Positions 13,383 through 25,696 of a stretch of DNA of 64,000 nt are shown piece after piece (the stretch's first letter is position 1; each line of letters begins with the position of its first letter). Source of the DNA: Xylographa opegraphella. Taxonomy: Eukaryota. Location: the NCBI GenBank assembly GCA_022813865.1, contig JALDZX010000020.1:124001-188000 (forward strand), in the 5' to 3' direction. A program made the position numbers and the translations under genes. A model generated the notes under the pieces. The model was not told the origin of the DNA. It was given only the letters and a program-made list of their open reading frames with translations, and made no database searches.

Positions 13383-16300
13383 AGCGGAGTTTGGAAATTA
13401 CTTAGGTATGATATCCGCAAGAGGATATTTGTGCAGCTGTGCAGCTTGGAAAGAATGATCAGACGTCAAAAGGATAGCTGGCCCTTTATATCGACATGAT
13501 GTTGCGAAGATAGTGTCTTGGAGCCAAGCACGGCACCGCGTCATCGTGGCGCTGCAGAAGTGGCGCCTAGTGTGGCGTTTTCAGGTGGCGCTTTCGCCTT
13601 TGACTAACACACAAAGGTAAATTTCAATACGAAGGCGATCATGGAATAGAATCGCAATAATACGCTATAAAGAAAGATGGCTCGATATCTCAATTACACT
13701 CATGATATGCAGAACGTCTTTGATATTCATGTATAAAGAACTACTAGCTATGGGATTTGATATTATAGGTGACCTCCAAAATGCTCCAGACATCGTGGTT
13801 ATCTCCCAACGTCTTACCAAAGTTGACAGAGGTTATGCGAAGGCTATGAGCCTAAATTGACTTCAACCTTAAGTTCCGCCGTCTCTACTATGTCCATCAA
13901 TGCCATCGATGGTATCATCCATGAGCCTCCAGCTCGGCATACACTCGATAACGCTGGCTTATTCTCGACAAAGCAGCGGAAGTCTCAACTTGGTGGTTAC
14001 TCGTGATATGGACACGAACTGTCCTGGTACTTCTCGGCCGAAGATTGTTCAACTAAAGTGAGCAGAGGGCTTTTTGAAACAGTAGCCTCCTGATTACTCC
14101 CCTTTTGAGCCCTTGCATCTCCGAGAGCACATAGCTGCTGGAATCAAAGATACTATGATTCTGCGCTGTGACCTGAGGCGTCTGCTCGATCACTCTGTAC
14201 GTTTGATAGAGCACCTTGCGTGCGTTTACGGTCGTTATCTGAGCTGACCCGACCTCGAACTTTTCACGCAACACTTTGGGAGTCTTGTTCGTCGTTCTTT
14301 CATCGCGGATCTAAATCCGTCAGTAGGATTTGTGCTTTTAGTCGAAGAACGTGTACATGGCCGATTATCTTCTTCTCAGCTGTCCACCAATGGTGTACTT
14401 TGTCCAGAGACATCTTCGTCTCTTGACCGGACTTTCGTTTTGCTCTATCAAAGTAGGCTAGACTCACCGAGCCCGAAGAATCCAAACCTCCTTAATCAAC
14501 ACCCAACCAAATCTTTTGAACATCAAGCTAGTAGATGTTTTCAGAGCCTTTGCAGAGAAGCCTTGCGCTATGCAACCTCACGGTTTTTATGTTGGCCAGT
14601 GTGGTCAGCTTGTATGTTTCCATCCCGCTGAACTCTGTTAGTACTTGATAGCTGGATTTGTATATGCCAGTGTTGGGCTCAATATTCCGAGGGCTACTGG
14701 ATAGTATGTAACTACTTTACTTATCATTCCTGACGGAGCATGTTCAGATACGGTTTCAAAGCTGGAAGAATTCATGATTCTGATAGGTCTATTAGTCAGG
14801 TCAACAAGAAGTTGAGTCTATAGCTAGATATTGTGGTAGAATGCAAGCGAAGATCCGAAAAGAAACTTTTGGTAATGGGGGACTACTACTGTGTAGTATA
14901 TTATACATATTGCCTTCGGAGATTCCAAACATTGTACGGTTGTACCACTTGGATACGTGGCTGAAGCAGTTCTTATAGTCTTAACATTCATCTTTCTTTA
15001 GAGTGGTCTATACCCAATATGCTATCTGTATATGCTGCAATTTTATTCGGGCTGTTGTCAATGTTTCCGAGTCTCTGGCAAGCAGCCTGAATGTCATTGG
15101 TCTTTCATTGCCTACTGCTGCCGGTTATGTCACATGCACACATCCTTGGTCTATTACTGGCTTCGCCATTGTCACAATGAAAATGGCGGCTTAGCGGAAG
15201 TGCTTTCGCTAGAATCTTATTAGTGGTAATGTTTTTTCCAATTGGGACTCCAACCGTATGCTAACCCTTCCCCTATGACCTGCACCTGTACCAGTACTGA
15301 CCCATACTATATGTGGCTCTAGTAGTCGTTGTTGTTCAGTTTGCTTACAATGGAGAGAGGCACCTCGAAATAGCCAAATACACAAACTGAATTCGACGCG
15401 GGCACTGCTGAACCTCAACTTCTGGGATAGTCAACTGCCAATAAAGGACTTCTTTGACCAAATTTGATAGTCTTCAAAACATATAAAATCACAAGGGAAA
15501 CCTACGACTGGCGGATCTCTCAAAAGGTACGAAATATAAGAGAGCAACATTGTTTACTATCGCCAATCGAAAGCATGAGTTGCGAATACGATGATCTTTG
15601 CACTGTAGGACACTCTGACTTACGCTAATAGGACGCAAATCTTGCTTGGCGGTCCTCTCCAGAATACCATGGATGGATCAACTACTAACATGTTTAAGCG
15701 CTGGCTGGTGCTACCCGCAGCAATTCAGCAGCTGTTTGGGCATATTAAGCTTAAGAAGCTCTTCATAAGTGGGCCTACCTTTGTCGACTGCGCTTGAAAA
15801 GACGGCGTCGTAATCTTGTCTGATTCGTGAAAGTTAGTGTTAGCCATCTGACGGGCTATTGTTCTGCCAATTTTCTCCTTGAGGCTGCTGTCCACTTCTG
15901 GCCTTGACTCAATCGGAAAGACTTCAGCTGGTAATGAGTTAGCGTGATCATGTCTACGGTGGAATTGAGATCCTATCTGTTGAGTTGGTGAACGCTTCCA
16001 TCTCGATAGAATGGCGATCTATTGAAACATATGAGGAAGCATCAGCAATCCCTCTAGTCACTCAAACGGCTTTATAGGTTATTCTTCTCACCGAAATAGA
16101 ATTGAGGACAAGATCCAGTCATAAATATCAAGAACTAGAGATGAGTAATGTATAAACTTGCCTATTGGCCAACTAACGCCACCTGGTGAGAGACAATCTC
16201 TAAATAGGCATGTCGGTGGTCTTGCAGACACTGGGAATAAATTCTGTCGACCACAGTCCTTGCTTGCAATCTGTAACAGCTCCCAAGAGCGTTTCACAAA

Positions 16301-16948
16301 ATTTATCAGGGGAGACTAATCAGAAGTGCATCCTAAAGCTTTATTCAAATTCAAGTAAAACCAGTCTCTCGCAACATGTGGCAGGAATGGATGATTAGCC
16401 AAGACAGCATACTCATCCACTCAGTAAGTCGACACGAAGTGGAAATACTGTCGATAGTGTAGCTTCACTAGAACAGAATATGGGACACAGTGGACTACTA
16501 TTCATAGGATAATTGATCATGGAAGAAAACGAATGTTACATGGATGGAGTTGCACGAAAATCGATGCGTAACAAGGCTATGAATTAATGAAAAGTGAATC
16601 ATTACATGAGTTACACAGGTAATATTGATAGTGTCGTCGAATACAACTGAGGGCCTAATTATATACGAGATATGGAAATGTATTCTGTGCTTTTCTTCAA
16701 TGGGAACATCAAAGCATGTGAGGTGGTATAGAATAATACCAAGCAAAGTTCATCGTGAATGCACTCCAGCAGCCCAGCTGCCGCGTCCGCCATAGTCACA
16801 CAATCGCAACAAAAGGTGAAGGCAGAATTGATTAGCACTCGATTAAACCTTCTTAAGTGAGTTGAACTTCTTGTTTGGGGTACACTTGGAAGAGGAATTC
16901 TGGAATATTTCATGATACACGGTATAGCAATACCGAGCTTATACCACA

Positions 16949-18491
16949 ATGGATCCTAGCAGTCCATTGCAAGAAGGCCCAACATCAAGTGTTTTACCCT
17001 CCTTGCCCGACGGATGGCTAGCACAGTGGGAAGCGACATCTAAGAAATATTACTATGTTCAGCGAGCTACAGGCCATTCGCAATGGTATCTTCGTAACGA
17101 TTTCTATATACTTCGTGACTAACTCTCTACAAAGGGAAATTCCTACACAGCCAGCATTGTCGGTCCCGACTCCGGAGCCAACTCCACAGCATGCAGACAC
17201 AGACCCATTTCGGGCGCCATCGAATCCGAGGTCTGGTGAAGCGGGTGCAGATGAAGCGTATGAAGGCGCAGACAGAGGGTTTCTGAGCGTAAGTAGATAT
17301 CTTGTGGTTCTGGGAAAGGCTCCTTACAAGTTTCTCTGCCAGGATCTAGCAATGAATGCAGTCATGGGTGGAAAGCATAATAAGCCATCGTCGGGACTCG
17401 GGGGACTTGCAAGCTCATTCCTTGGTGGCCAAAGCAGTCACAGCAACAACAACGGAGGAAATAGCAGTAGTGGAGGTGGACTAGGTGGGCTTGCAAGCTC
17501 GTTCTTGGGTGGACAAAGCTCTCATCATACCAATCCTGGAGGTAGCGGCACTAGCGGAGGAGGAGGGGGAGGAGGAGGAGGAGGAGGTCTTGCAGGTCAA
17601 CTCATGGGAAGTCTACTTGGAGGCGGCAAGCCACAGCAACCTCAGTCTAGCACGCCTTCTAGCGGCGTCGGAGTCTCTGGAGGTCTTGGAGGTTTGACTG
17701 CAAGCAGTCATCAACCAGGAGGGTTAATGGGAATGGCATCGGGCTTTCTGGGAGGCCATCAGAAACCTCCGGTAAGCAATAGTTGTAATTATGAGACTTT
17801 TTACTAATCTCCATTGAAGAAACCAAGCAACAGCTATGGCTATTCATCGAGTGGACAACAATCAGCAAGCGCGGGTTACACCGGCAGTGCTCCTCCAGCA
17901 GCTTATCAACCTGGACAGCAAGGCGGACAGTATGGTCCGACGAGTGGAACGTATCAAGCACAAGGACAGACACAGCATCAACAAAATCAACATCACTACG
18001 CAGGCCATGAGCAGCGCCCCGCTCCAACGTATGGCCAGGGCCAGCAATCATATACCAGTCCTCCATCGAGTCAGTATGGCGGTTCGAACCCTACTACGCC
18101 ATATGGTCAACCGCAAGCCCCATATCCACCTCAACCACAACATACCGGATCAGGCTTCGGGCAATATTCCTCGCAGAACACCCCACAACATTATGCTCCT
18201 CCGCCGCAGCCGCATAACACACCTGCGTACCCACCACCACCGCCTCAACAACAAGGTCCTTATGAAATGTATCAGCCTGGACCGCCAATGCAATCCCATC
18301 CAGGCCATCAAGGTGGTCCACCGGGGCCTTACTCTGTCGGTTATCCAGGACAGTATGGCCAACAGGGTGGGCAGGCATACGGGCAAGCGCCACCACAATC
18401 ACCGCACCAAGTACAGGGCCAATATGGCCAGGGCCCTCCCAATCCGTACAACAGCTACGGAGCTCCGCCAGCGCCTGGATGGAGGCCATGA
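16949..18491 (+). CDS. Second WW-domain protein with Gly-rich repeats and Q/P/Y/G-rich C-terminus
   Basis: Spliced model with exons 16949-17085, 17135-17288, 17343-17771, 17820-18491, all in frame. Exons 1-2 encode LPDGWLAQWEATSKKYYYVQRATGHSQWEIPT, a WW domain the ORF track misses. Confidence 0.85.
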
Positions 18492-19113
18492 GATATCATA
18501 AAACTACAAGTATGTGAGTATGGGCGTTTAGAACTTCTTTATTACGGCTTGGTGCAATGTCAGTAGTTGGAAGCGTAAGAAACTGGCATCATATGGGGCC
18601 CATCGATCTAGCATACAATACCACGACATTTCACATATTGAAACAATATTTGAGCATGGGTACTATGGTGTGAACCTTTCTTCCTCACCAAGAAGCGACT
18701 TCTTGCAGTAGCTTGACATCAGACTTTTTTTAGAGGTCATCTGATTCCTGCGATATCGTCGGTCGTTGCATCAGTGTTCCATTGTTACTGTCATCAATAA
18801 ATATTCTTCCATTTATTGTGCTCACTGATGAGCAACGCTAGGTCCTGATTAGATTAGCGATTGTTGGCCACACCATCGAATTTGTTCGCCCGAGTGCTGT
18901 TTGATGCGCAGCAATGACATGCTAGGTGCATACCCACCTTCCGAATCCATTCGCCCCTCCAGGTGTGTTGTCTGCGGAAAAGGGAAGATATCGTTGGATG
19001 GAGGGATTCCGAAAAAAGTATAATGCCGTATACCATGTCGGCAGTACTCATGAAGGATTTCGAGTAGTCAAGTAAGCTATTATTTTCACCCTTCTATCTT
19101 TGTTGTTCTTCCC

Positions 19114-20879
19114 ATGGCTCTCGACGACATTGGAGGCCAAAAGACCGAGCAATCTACCTATGTTACTTCCGCCTCGCCTTCCTCCTCGTGCGAGTCGGAC
19201 GATCTAGACAATGGTGTTCAAACCACTAGATTCGGCTCCACCGGCCGTCTCGCACGACTCCGCCAATACGAGGCATTTTTGGATCGGAAGCTTGGTGTAG
19301 AGGCTCATGGCCCAGACCGTAAGCTGCCCGATAACCGCAACCCGCCAAATCAATGGGTTATGGCAGCGCTATGGGCTAGTGGAACTATGAACTTGAGCTG
19401 CTTCACCACTGGGTTCCTGGGCTGGGAGTTCGGATTGAGTCTCTCGCAGACGATCATGATTGTAGTCTTCTCAACTTTGCTTGGCTCTATGATCACCGGG
19501 TGGTGCGCGACGATGGGTGAGCTACTTGCCAGTCGCAATTGGGCTTCGGAGCTAATCAGTAAAAAATTAGGTCCTGGAACGGGCTTCCGCCAAGTCAGCA
19601 TTTCGAGATACTCGATGGGATGGTGGCCGTCTAAGGTTATTGCTCTCCTAAATGTTCTTGAGCAGCTTGGCTGGAGCTCCGTGGGTTGTATCACCAGTGG
19701 TCTCGCCCTGTCCGCTGTGTCGGATGGGCATATATCTCTCATCCTCGGTGTGGTCATCATCGCGGTCATTGGGCTCTGCTTCTCCTTCATAGGTCTTAGG
19801 GCTGTTTTGAAGTATGAAGAATGGGCCTGGCTTGTGTTCTTTGTCATCTTCATGATCATGTACGGCGAGGCGGTACATATGGCGGATAATACCGTTCCGT
19901 CTTCACTTACTGGAGCGAGTCTATCAGGGACCGTCCTGACTCTGATCGCGATTATATACGGATCGTCATCTTCTTGGTGTTCGATTGTCAGTAGTGTTTG
20001 CCAGATAATGTCAAACTATCGTTAACGTCAAGCCAGGTATCTGACTACTATGTCGAATATCCAGTCGATACCTCGAAGTGGAAGGTTTTCCTATTGACAA
20101 CATTTGGAATCACCATTCCGACATGCATTGGTATGTGTATGGGAGCCTGTGTTGGTTAGTAATTTCTCCTTGTTCGATGCGGCCTCGAATTATACCGACT
20201 ATTCAAGGTTCTACGATGAGCATCAACACCGAGTGGGCGCAGACCTACACCAACTCCGGAGTCGGTGAATTGGTGCAAACAATTCTCTACCCTCGGGGCT
20301 TTGCCAAATTTATTCTCGTTCTCCTCGTCCTTTCAGGCAGTATGTACACTGAATCCACTGCCGTCCGCCCCTCTAACCCCCATTACAGTCGGAACGAATT
20401 GTATAGCTATCTACTCTGCCGCACTCTCCATTCAGCAATTCGCGCGCCCACTTCAAGCTATACCCCGCTTTGTTTGGACCCTGGTCGTCTTTGTTGGCAT
20501 CCTGCTGCTCGGTATCGCCGGCCGCGACCAACTCCTCGCCGTCCTTGAGAATTTCCTTGCCCTGCTCGGCTATTGGAACACTGCCTTCTTTGTGATTCTA
20601 TTCACCGAGCACTACCTGTTCCGTGGAGGGGATTTAGCGAACTACGATCTTGAGGCTTGGAATACCCCATCACAGATGCCGGTCGGTTATGCTGGGGGCA
20701 TGGCATTCGCGCTCGGGATTGTGGGATGTGTGCTCGGAATGGTGCAAACTTGGTATACGGGCGTGATTGCGAAGATGATTGGAGATACAGGAGGAGACGT
20801 TGGCAATGAGTTGGCCTTTGTCTTTACTTTGGTGTCGTTTGTACCGTTAAGATACTTAGAGAGGAAATATGTAAGGTAG
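19114..20879 (+). CDS. NCS1-family purine-cytosine/vitamin permease (Fcy2/Fcy21/Tpn1-like)
   Basis: Multi-TM protein: LGVEAHG, LWASGTMNL, GPGTGFRQVSISRYSMGWWP, SDYYVEYP, LENFLALLGYW..EHYLFR, GDVGNELAF. Four introns. Confidence 0.9.
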
Positions 20880-21294
20880 AGAGGGTATTGCACTACGATA
20901 TATACCTGAAGGTATCCATTTTCAAAGGAATTACCGTCAATGGAACATAACGAAGTTTTTGTTTCGGCAACAAACTGTGGTCATCACTTTTTGGTATCGT
21001 GACAAGCTTTTTTCTATGGCTCGTGTGTCAAATCAACTCGAAGGATGTTTGAGTTCTGGAGTACTGGGTAGTAAATATGTTGCAAAGTAAAACAGTGAAT
21101 GACTTCAGCCGGCAATCAAACATCGACAACATGCTCTGGCCAGAAGATCCTCTGTGTAATTATCTCCTATCCAATCTCCCAATACATCGGTAGACCGATA
21201 AGATTAATCTTAGCGTATACCTTATTTTAAGCCGCATTGAATAAGTAAATCCTCAACCGCTATTCAGCAGTATTCACCGAATCGTCTCCATATT

Positions 21295-22334
21295 ATGGCT
21301 GCTGTGTACAAATCTCTCTCGAAGACCAATGGGCATAAAGATGAAGTGCCTAAACATAAGCAAAGAGTTCTAATTCTGAGTAGTCGTGGCGTTACCCATC
21401 GGTATATCGTTGTTTTTTCTTGAATATCCAAATTTGAAACTAACGCTTCAAGCCACCGACATCTACTTAACGATCTCTACAGCCTGCTCCCTCACAGCCG
21501 GCGGGAGAGTAAACTGGACACAAAGACCAAGCTATACCAACTAAACGAGCTCGCTGAACTATACAATTGCAACAATGTCGTCTTCTTCGAAGCGCGCAAA
21601 GGCAAGGATCTCTACATATGGATGAGCAAAGCGCCGAATGGTCCGACGGTCAAAATGCACCTGCAGAACTGTCCGTATTACCCTGGCGTTGGAGGCTGTC
21701 CGAAGTATATTGATTTGGGATACCAGTACATACAATGTCCGAACTCCACTTCCCTGGCAATTGCCTCAAGGGCTCCCGTCCCATTCTGTCATTCGACGCC
21801 ACCTTCGACACTCAACCACATCTCCTAGTGATCAAAGAACTGCTTATGCACGTTTTTGCCGTCCCAAAGGGCGCTCGTAAGACCAAGCCGTTCGTTGATC
21901 ATGTTATGGGCTTCACACTTGCCGACGGCAAGGTGTGGATACGCTGCTTCCAGATAAATGAGACAGAAGTATCGAAGGCAGATGCAAAGACCAATGGCGA
22001 CGTAGAAAGTACGGTCAGCAAAGGGAAGGCTCAGAAAGGGGGAATGGCAGAGACGAAGATCTCACTGACAGAGATCGGGCCGAGGTTCGTGCTGACGCCG
22101 ATTGTACTACTTGAGTCCAGCTTCGGTGGGCCGGTCATTTATGAGAACAAGGAATTCGTGAGCCCGAACCAGGTGAGATCGGAGTTGAGGCTCAGCAAAG
22201 CGGGACGGTATGCGAGAAGGACCGAGGCGGGAGTGGAGAGCAAGGTCAAGAAACGAGAACTAGGACTGAGAAGTGGAGAGGGTAGACGGCAAAGAGAGGG
22301 TGATGAATTGGAGGAGAGGCTACTCTTTGGGTAG
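21295..22334 (+). CDS. BRX1: Ribosome biogenesis protein Brx1 (Brix domain)
   Basis: KQRVLILSSRGVT, LNELAELYNCNNVVFFEARKGKDLYIW, ELHFPGNCLKGSRPILSFD, EIGPRFVLT. Two introns. Confidence 0.95.
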
Positions 22335-22643
22335 AAGAATACCCATGGAGATGTTTGGTGTCAGGCGTACAAAACAAGTCGCAAGAACAGCATGAGGTTT
22401 TCCGCTGTTATACAGACTATAAGAGTCTGGGGGAAATGCGAATCATATGGCAAGAAACTATGTTCAATTCGTACATGCATGTTGCATCTTATGGAATAGC
22501 CGCGCTTGCCCAAAAGCCCGACTTCGACGGGAGTCAAACCTCGATCCCAACACAGTAAGACCCTTCCGCGACCTGTCTTAATTTTGCTCTTCCAAACCAG
22601 AATTTCCAAGTACACGCATCAACTTCAGCATGTTTTGCAAGCC

Positions 22644-23381
22644 CTACTCCTCAACACCCTTCCCAGTCCACTTCCCCACCACTACACAACTCTCCACATT
22701 GCCCAAGGCCTTCAACGGCCCCAGCACATTCTCCGCCACGCCCTTCCTCCCCCCATCATCCCTCCACACAACCCTCAACTCCAGCACCCTCTCCAACCGT
22801 GCCAAAATCCTCCCCAGCCACCGCACTTGGTCCGCCAGCCCCTCCGCCAGCCCACTGCCCCCATACCCGTACTTCATCATGCCCAGATAGCTATCCACAT
22901 GATGCACGCGGACCTGGAACCTACGCATCAGCGCCACGTTGCGGGGCGCCAGGTCGTCAGGGAAGGCCATGGTGCGCGGCGCGATCAGCAAGTGGGTGGT
23001 GGCGGACTGCGAAAAGTAGCGGTACGCGAACGTACAGCAGTCCCAGACGACGTCGAGCGCGAACACGTTGTGGCTGTAGAGGAGGGGCAGGCCTTCGGCG
23101 TGCAGGAGGCGGCAGGTGGCGAGGATGGCGGTCGTGCCGCGGAGCCAGACCGGGGGGTCCGAGGGAGATGCGGCGGGGAGGCTGCGCGGGAGGAGGTGGC
23201 GGAGGATTTGGGAGCGGAGTTCGGGTGGGAGAGCGAGGAGGCGACTGGGGGGCGGAGGAACGGGGCTTGATGTGTTTTCCGTGGTGGGATCGTTGCGTGC
23301 CGGGGACAGCACAGTGGTGGTTGGAGGAGGGTGGCGCTCTAGCATGCGGTGGTCGTAGCCGTAGACAGAGATTGGTTCCAT
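22644..23381 (-). CDS. Hypothetical protein with N-terminal F-box-like motif
   Basis: SRLLALPPELRSQILRHLL..AILATCRLLHAEGLPLLYSHNVF, a common fungal F-box-like signature. GC-rich and intronless. Confidence 0.75.
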   Translation of the reverse strand: MEPISVYGYDHRMLERHPPPTTTVLSPARNDPTTENTSSPVPPPPSRLLALPPELRSQILRHLLPRSLPAASPSDPPVWLRGTTAILATCRLLHAEGLPLLYSHNVFALDVVWDCCTFAYRYFSQSATTHLLIAPRTMAFPDDLAPRNVALMRRFQVRVHHVDSYLGMMKYGYGGSGLAEGLADQVRWLGRILARLERVLELRVVWRDDGGRKGVAENVLGPLKALGNVESCVVVGKWTGKGVEE

Positions 23382-23860
23382 GGACTTGAGGCCCGAGCTG
23401 CAAGGAGAACGATTTGATAGGGGCTCGCTGAAGAAAAATTGGGGACACAGATGTGGAGATACAGGCTAGATTGAAGAAATTGGATAGATTGTTGTCGTAA
23501 AATACACGATAATTGAAAAGATTCAGATTTTCATCACCATAGACTTGTCACCCAGGTTCGCCACATGGTTCTAGTATTGTCGTTGAAAGGTGATTACTGA
23601 TGCTGTTGATGGAAGATCTGTTAGCCGTAGTATGGAGTGATTACTGCCTATGTGCAGTTTTGGAAAGAACAACGATAATGATCAGTTCGTGACTTCCTGC
23701 ATTGAAAGCCTGCTCTGCCTAGCAAGCGTCTAGTAAGCTATGAATAGAAGCTTCTACATAGCACAGTCTCTGCGAGACGAGCTCGCATCTGCAGCTTCAT
23801 ACTCTAGTCTGCTATATTTCATTGGAAGAACCATATAGCTATTGCAGAGTCGTCCCGAAT

Positions 23861-24736
23861 ATGAGCTGGTATCTCCCGGACACCGCTGCCTCTTTACACA
23901 CCTTGCCCACAGAAGTTCGACGGCAGATATTTGCCAATCTGCTTCCTGACCACGAGATATTCCACCTCGGGTTCTCTGAGATACGCGCACAATTCAAAGA
24001 CATGGACGAGGAAGGTGATCGTCGACCACATCCCAGGACGCAAACATGGCCGAGAGTCTCTGGAGCTCTCAATATCTCTCGCGTATGTCGGACTTTCGAT
24101 CAGGAATACACACCTGAATTCTACAACCAGTTTGCTTTCGTCATCGAGAACACCACGGAGTCGTTTGGTGCTGGTATGCTGTTCCTGCTAAACTTACGGC
24201 CCTCGACAGCAAATTGTCTCACCGATTTGTTTGTATATCACATTTTCTGGAACGTCATCCGTCCCACCACTAACGTCCTTGACAACGTCGCCAAAGAGAG
24301 CATGAGGTTCAAGCTTGCGAGAGCCGCCTTTTGCACAGCTGCGAGTGAGATCTCACTGCAACATCTTCATATCTTTGTTTCTCGGGGAGGTCTGCCAACA
24401 AAGCAATATGCGTCACTTCAAGCCTCCTGGTTGAAGCCCTTCCTTACCATCAAGGGTGTTGAGCATTTTGGAATGACCTTTTTCAACCGGGAAAACAAAG
24501 CAGATAGGACTTTGTTTCGCCTATTTCTTGACGATTTGAACGCTTCTGGTGTCATGGCTGAATGTCAAGCATACAAATATTACCCACGTTTAACAGATGT
24601 ATGGGTTGCATCAACGGCATTCAGTGAAGAGGCTGAATGGAGATCTAAAATTCTTCGCACCGCTTTGCGGGTTGCATCAACCAGAGCATGTAGGAAGATC
24701 AAGCGGGTCACCAAGGCGCAACGAACTGCTCCTTAA
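23861..24736 (+). CDS. Hypothetical protein with N-terminal F-box-like motif
   Basis: SLHTLPTEVRRQIFANLL..ISRVCRTFDQEYTPEFYNQFAF. First ATG is at 23861. Confidence 0.72.
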   Translation: MSWYLPDTAASLHTLPTEVRRQIFANLLPDHEIFHLGFSEIRAQFKDMDEEGDRRPHPRTQTWPRVSGALNISRVCRTFDQEYTPEFYNQFAFVIENTTESFGAGMLFLLNLRPSTANCLTDLFVYHIFWNVIRPTTNVLDNVAKESMRFKLARAAFCTAASEISLQHLHIFVSRGGLPTKQYASLQASWLKPFLTIKGVEHFGMTFFNRENKADRTLFRLFLDDLNASGVMAECQAYKYYPRLTDVWVASTAFSEEAEWRSKILRTALRVASTRACRKIKRVTKAQRTAP

Positions 24737-25111
24737 GTAGCTCTAGCAATGCAATGCTGAGCACAAGCTGAGCACGGGGGTGTAAGATTTCCAGAAGATA
24801 TGAGGCACGTTCCTTGGCGCCAACAAATCAGAGTTCGATGCCAGGTCTGAGCTCTGGATGATACACGTGAAGGTATGATCGCTTGCGTCTTTCAAATTGT
24901 GGATGTCTAGCTCTGATATAGAAACAGCCCTCCATTTCCAAGGCATCCAACAATAAGGACAATTAGTTGTTGCCAGGGACTGGAAAAACGAAAGTACCTG
25001 AAGGGTTTAGCTTTGGATTGGTATATGAATATAGTATCCAGGCATAATACCTGATGTTTACCGCAGGACCTTTAGTGAACATAGCTGCATGTAGGAAGTT
25101 GAGACTCAGTG

Positions 25112-25696
25112 TCAGAAATCCCTGAATCCCTTTCCACCCGATACCATTTCCTGGCCCATCTTTCTATGCGCCTCCTCCGGCTGAACCCAGGCCACACTTG
25201 CGTCTTGCATCTGCCCGCTACCAAATTTCTCTACGCAGTGGTCAATGACGTTCTTGATTTCCTCAACGCTTTCCTTTTCCAAAGCTTCCCTTTTGCCCTC
25301 TCGCTTCTTGTTGAGCGCCTCTACTTTCCCGATGAACTCCAGACCCTTCTCTTTGCTGCTCCAATTCTTCTTGAACACCTCTGTATCCGCGACATTGCCA
25401 TACCAAGCTCTTGCGTTATCGTAGTCGCCCTCTATCCTGTGCAGGATACCGTGGAGATACATTGCTTCGTACATAGGAGCCGCCTGCATGTGCCGGACCA
25501 GGAAGTGAGCAGATGGCAAGTCACAATTCAGGAGGTGGAAGGCTGCTTCCAGGGTAGGATGTATATACAAGGAAGATATTTTGTCGGTAAGCTTTGGGTC
25601 AGTGGATTTTCCGGGAGGCAGAAGCGGTGCACGCAGGGTGAGGAGTTGGGCATAAACGGTATCGAAGGATCCGGACGATGAGATCGTTGAAGACAT
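25112..25696 (-). CDS. Conserved hypothetical helical (TPR-like) protein
   Basis: HPTLEAAFHLLNCDLPSAHFLVRHMQ..YLHGILHRIEGDYDNARAWY. Start placed at the first ATG (25696). Confidence 0.75.
   Translation of the reverse strand: MSSTISSSGSFDTVYAQLLTLRAPLLPPGKSTDPKLTDKISSLYIHPTLEAAFHLLNCDLPSAHFLVRHMQAAPMYEAMYLHGILHRIEGDYDNARAWYGNVADTEVFKKNWSSKEKGLEFIGKVEALNKKREGKREALEKESVEEIKNVIDHCVEKFGSGQMQDASVAWVQPEEAHRKMGQEMVSGGKGFRDF

Noticed and set aside
17055..17134. ORF-track start MFSELQAIRNG for the Gly-rich protein
   Set aside because: It reads through intron 17086-17134; the real first exon is in another frame and encodes the WW domain from ATG 16949.
22506..23448. Several long overlapping ORFs on both strands
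   Set aside because: Shadow ORFs caused by stop-codon scarcity in the GC-rich F-box-like gene; no protein-like motifs.
25021..25070. TPP riboswitch-like CAGGCATAATACCTG
   Set aside because: It resembles only the P5 hairpin; the CTGAGA core and other stems are missing, and no thiamine gene is adjacent.
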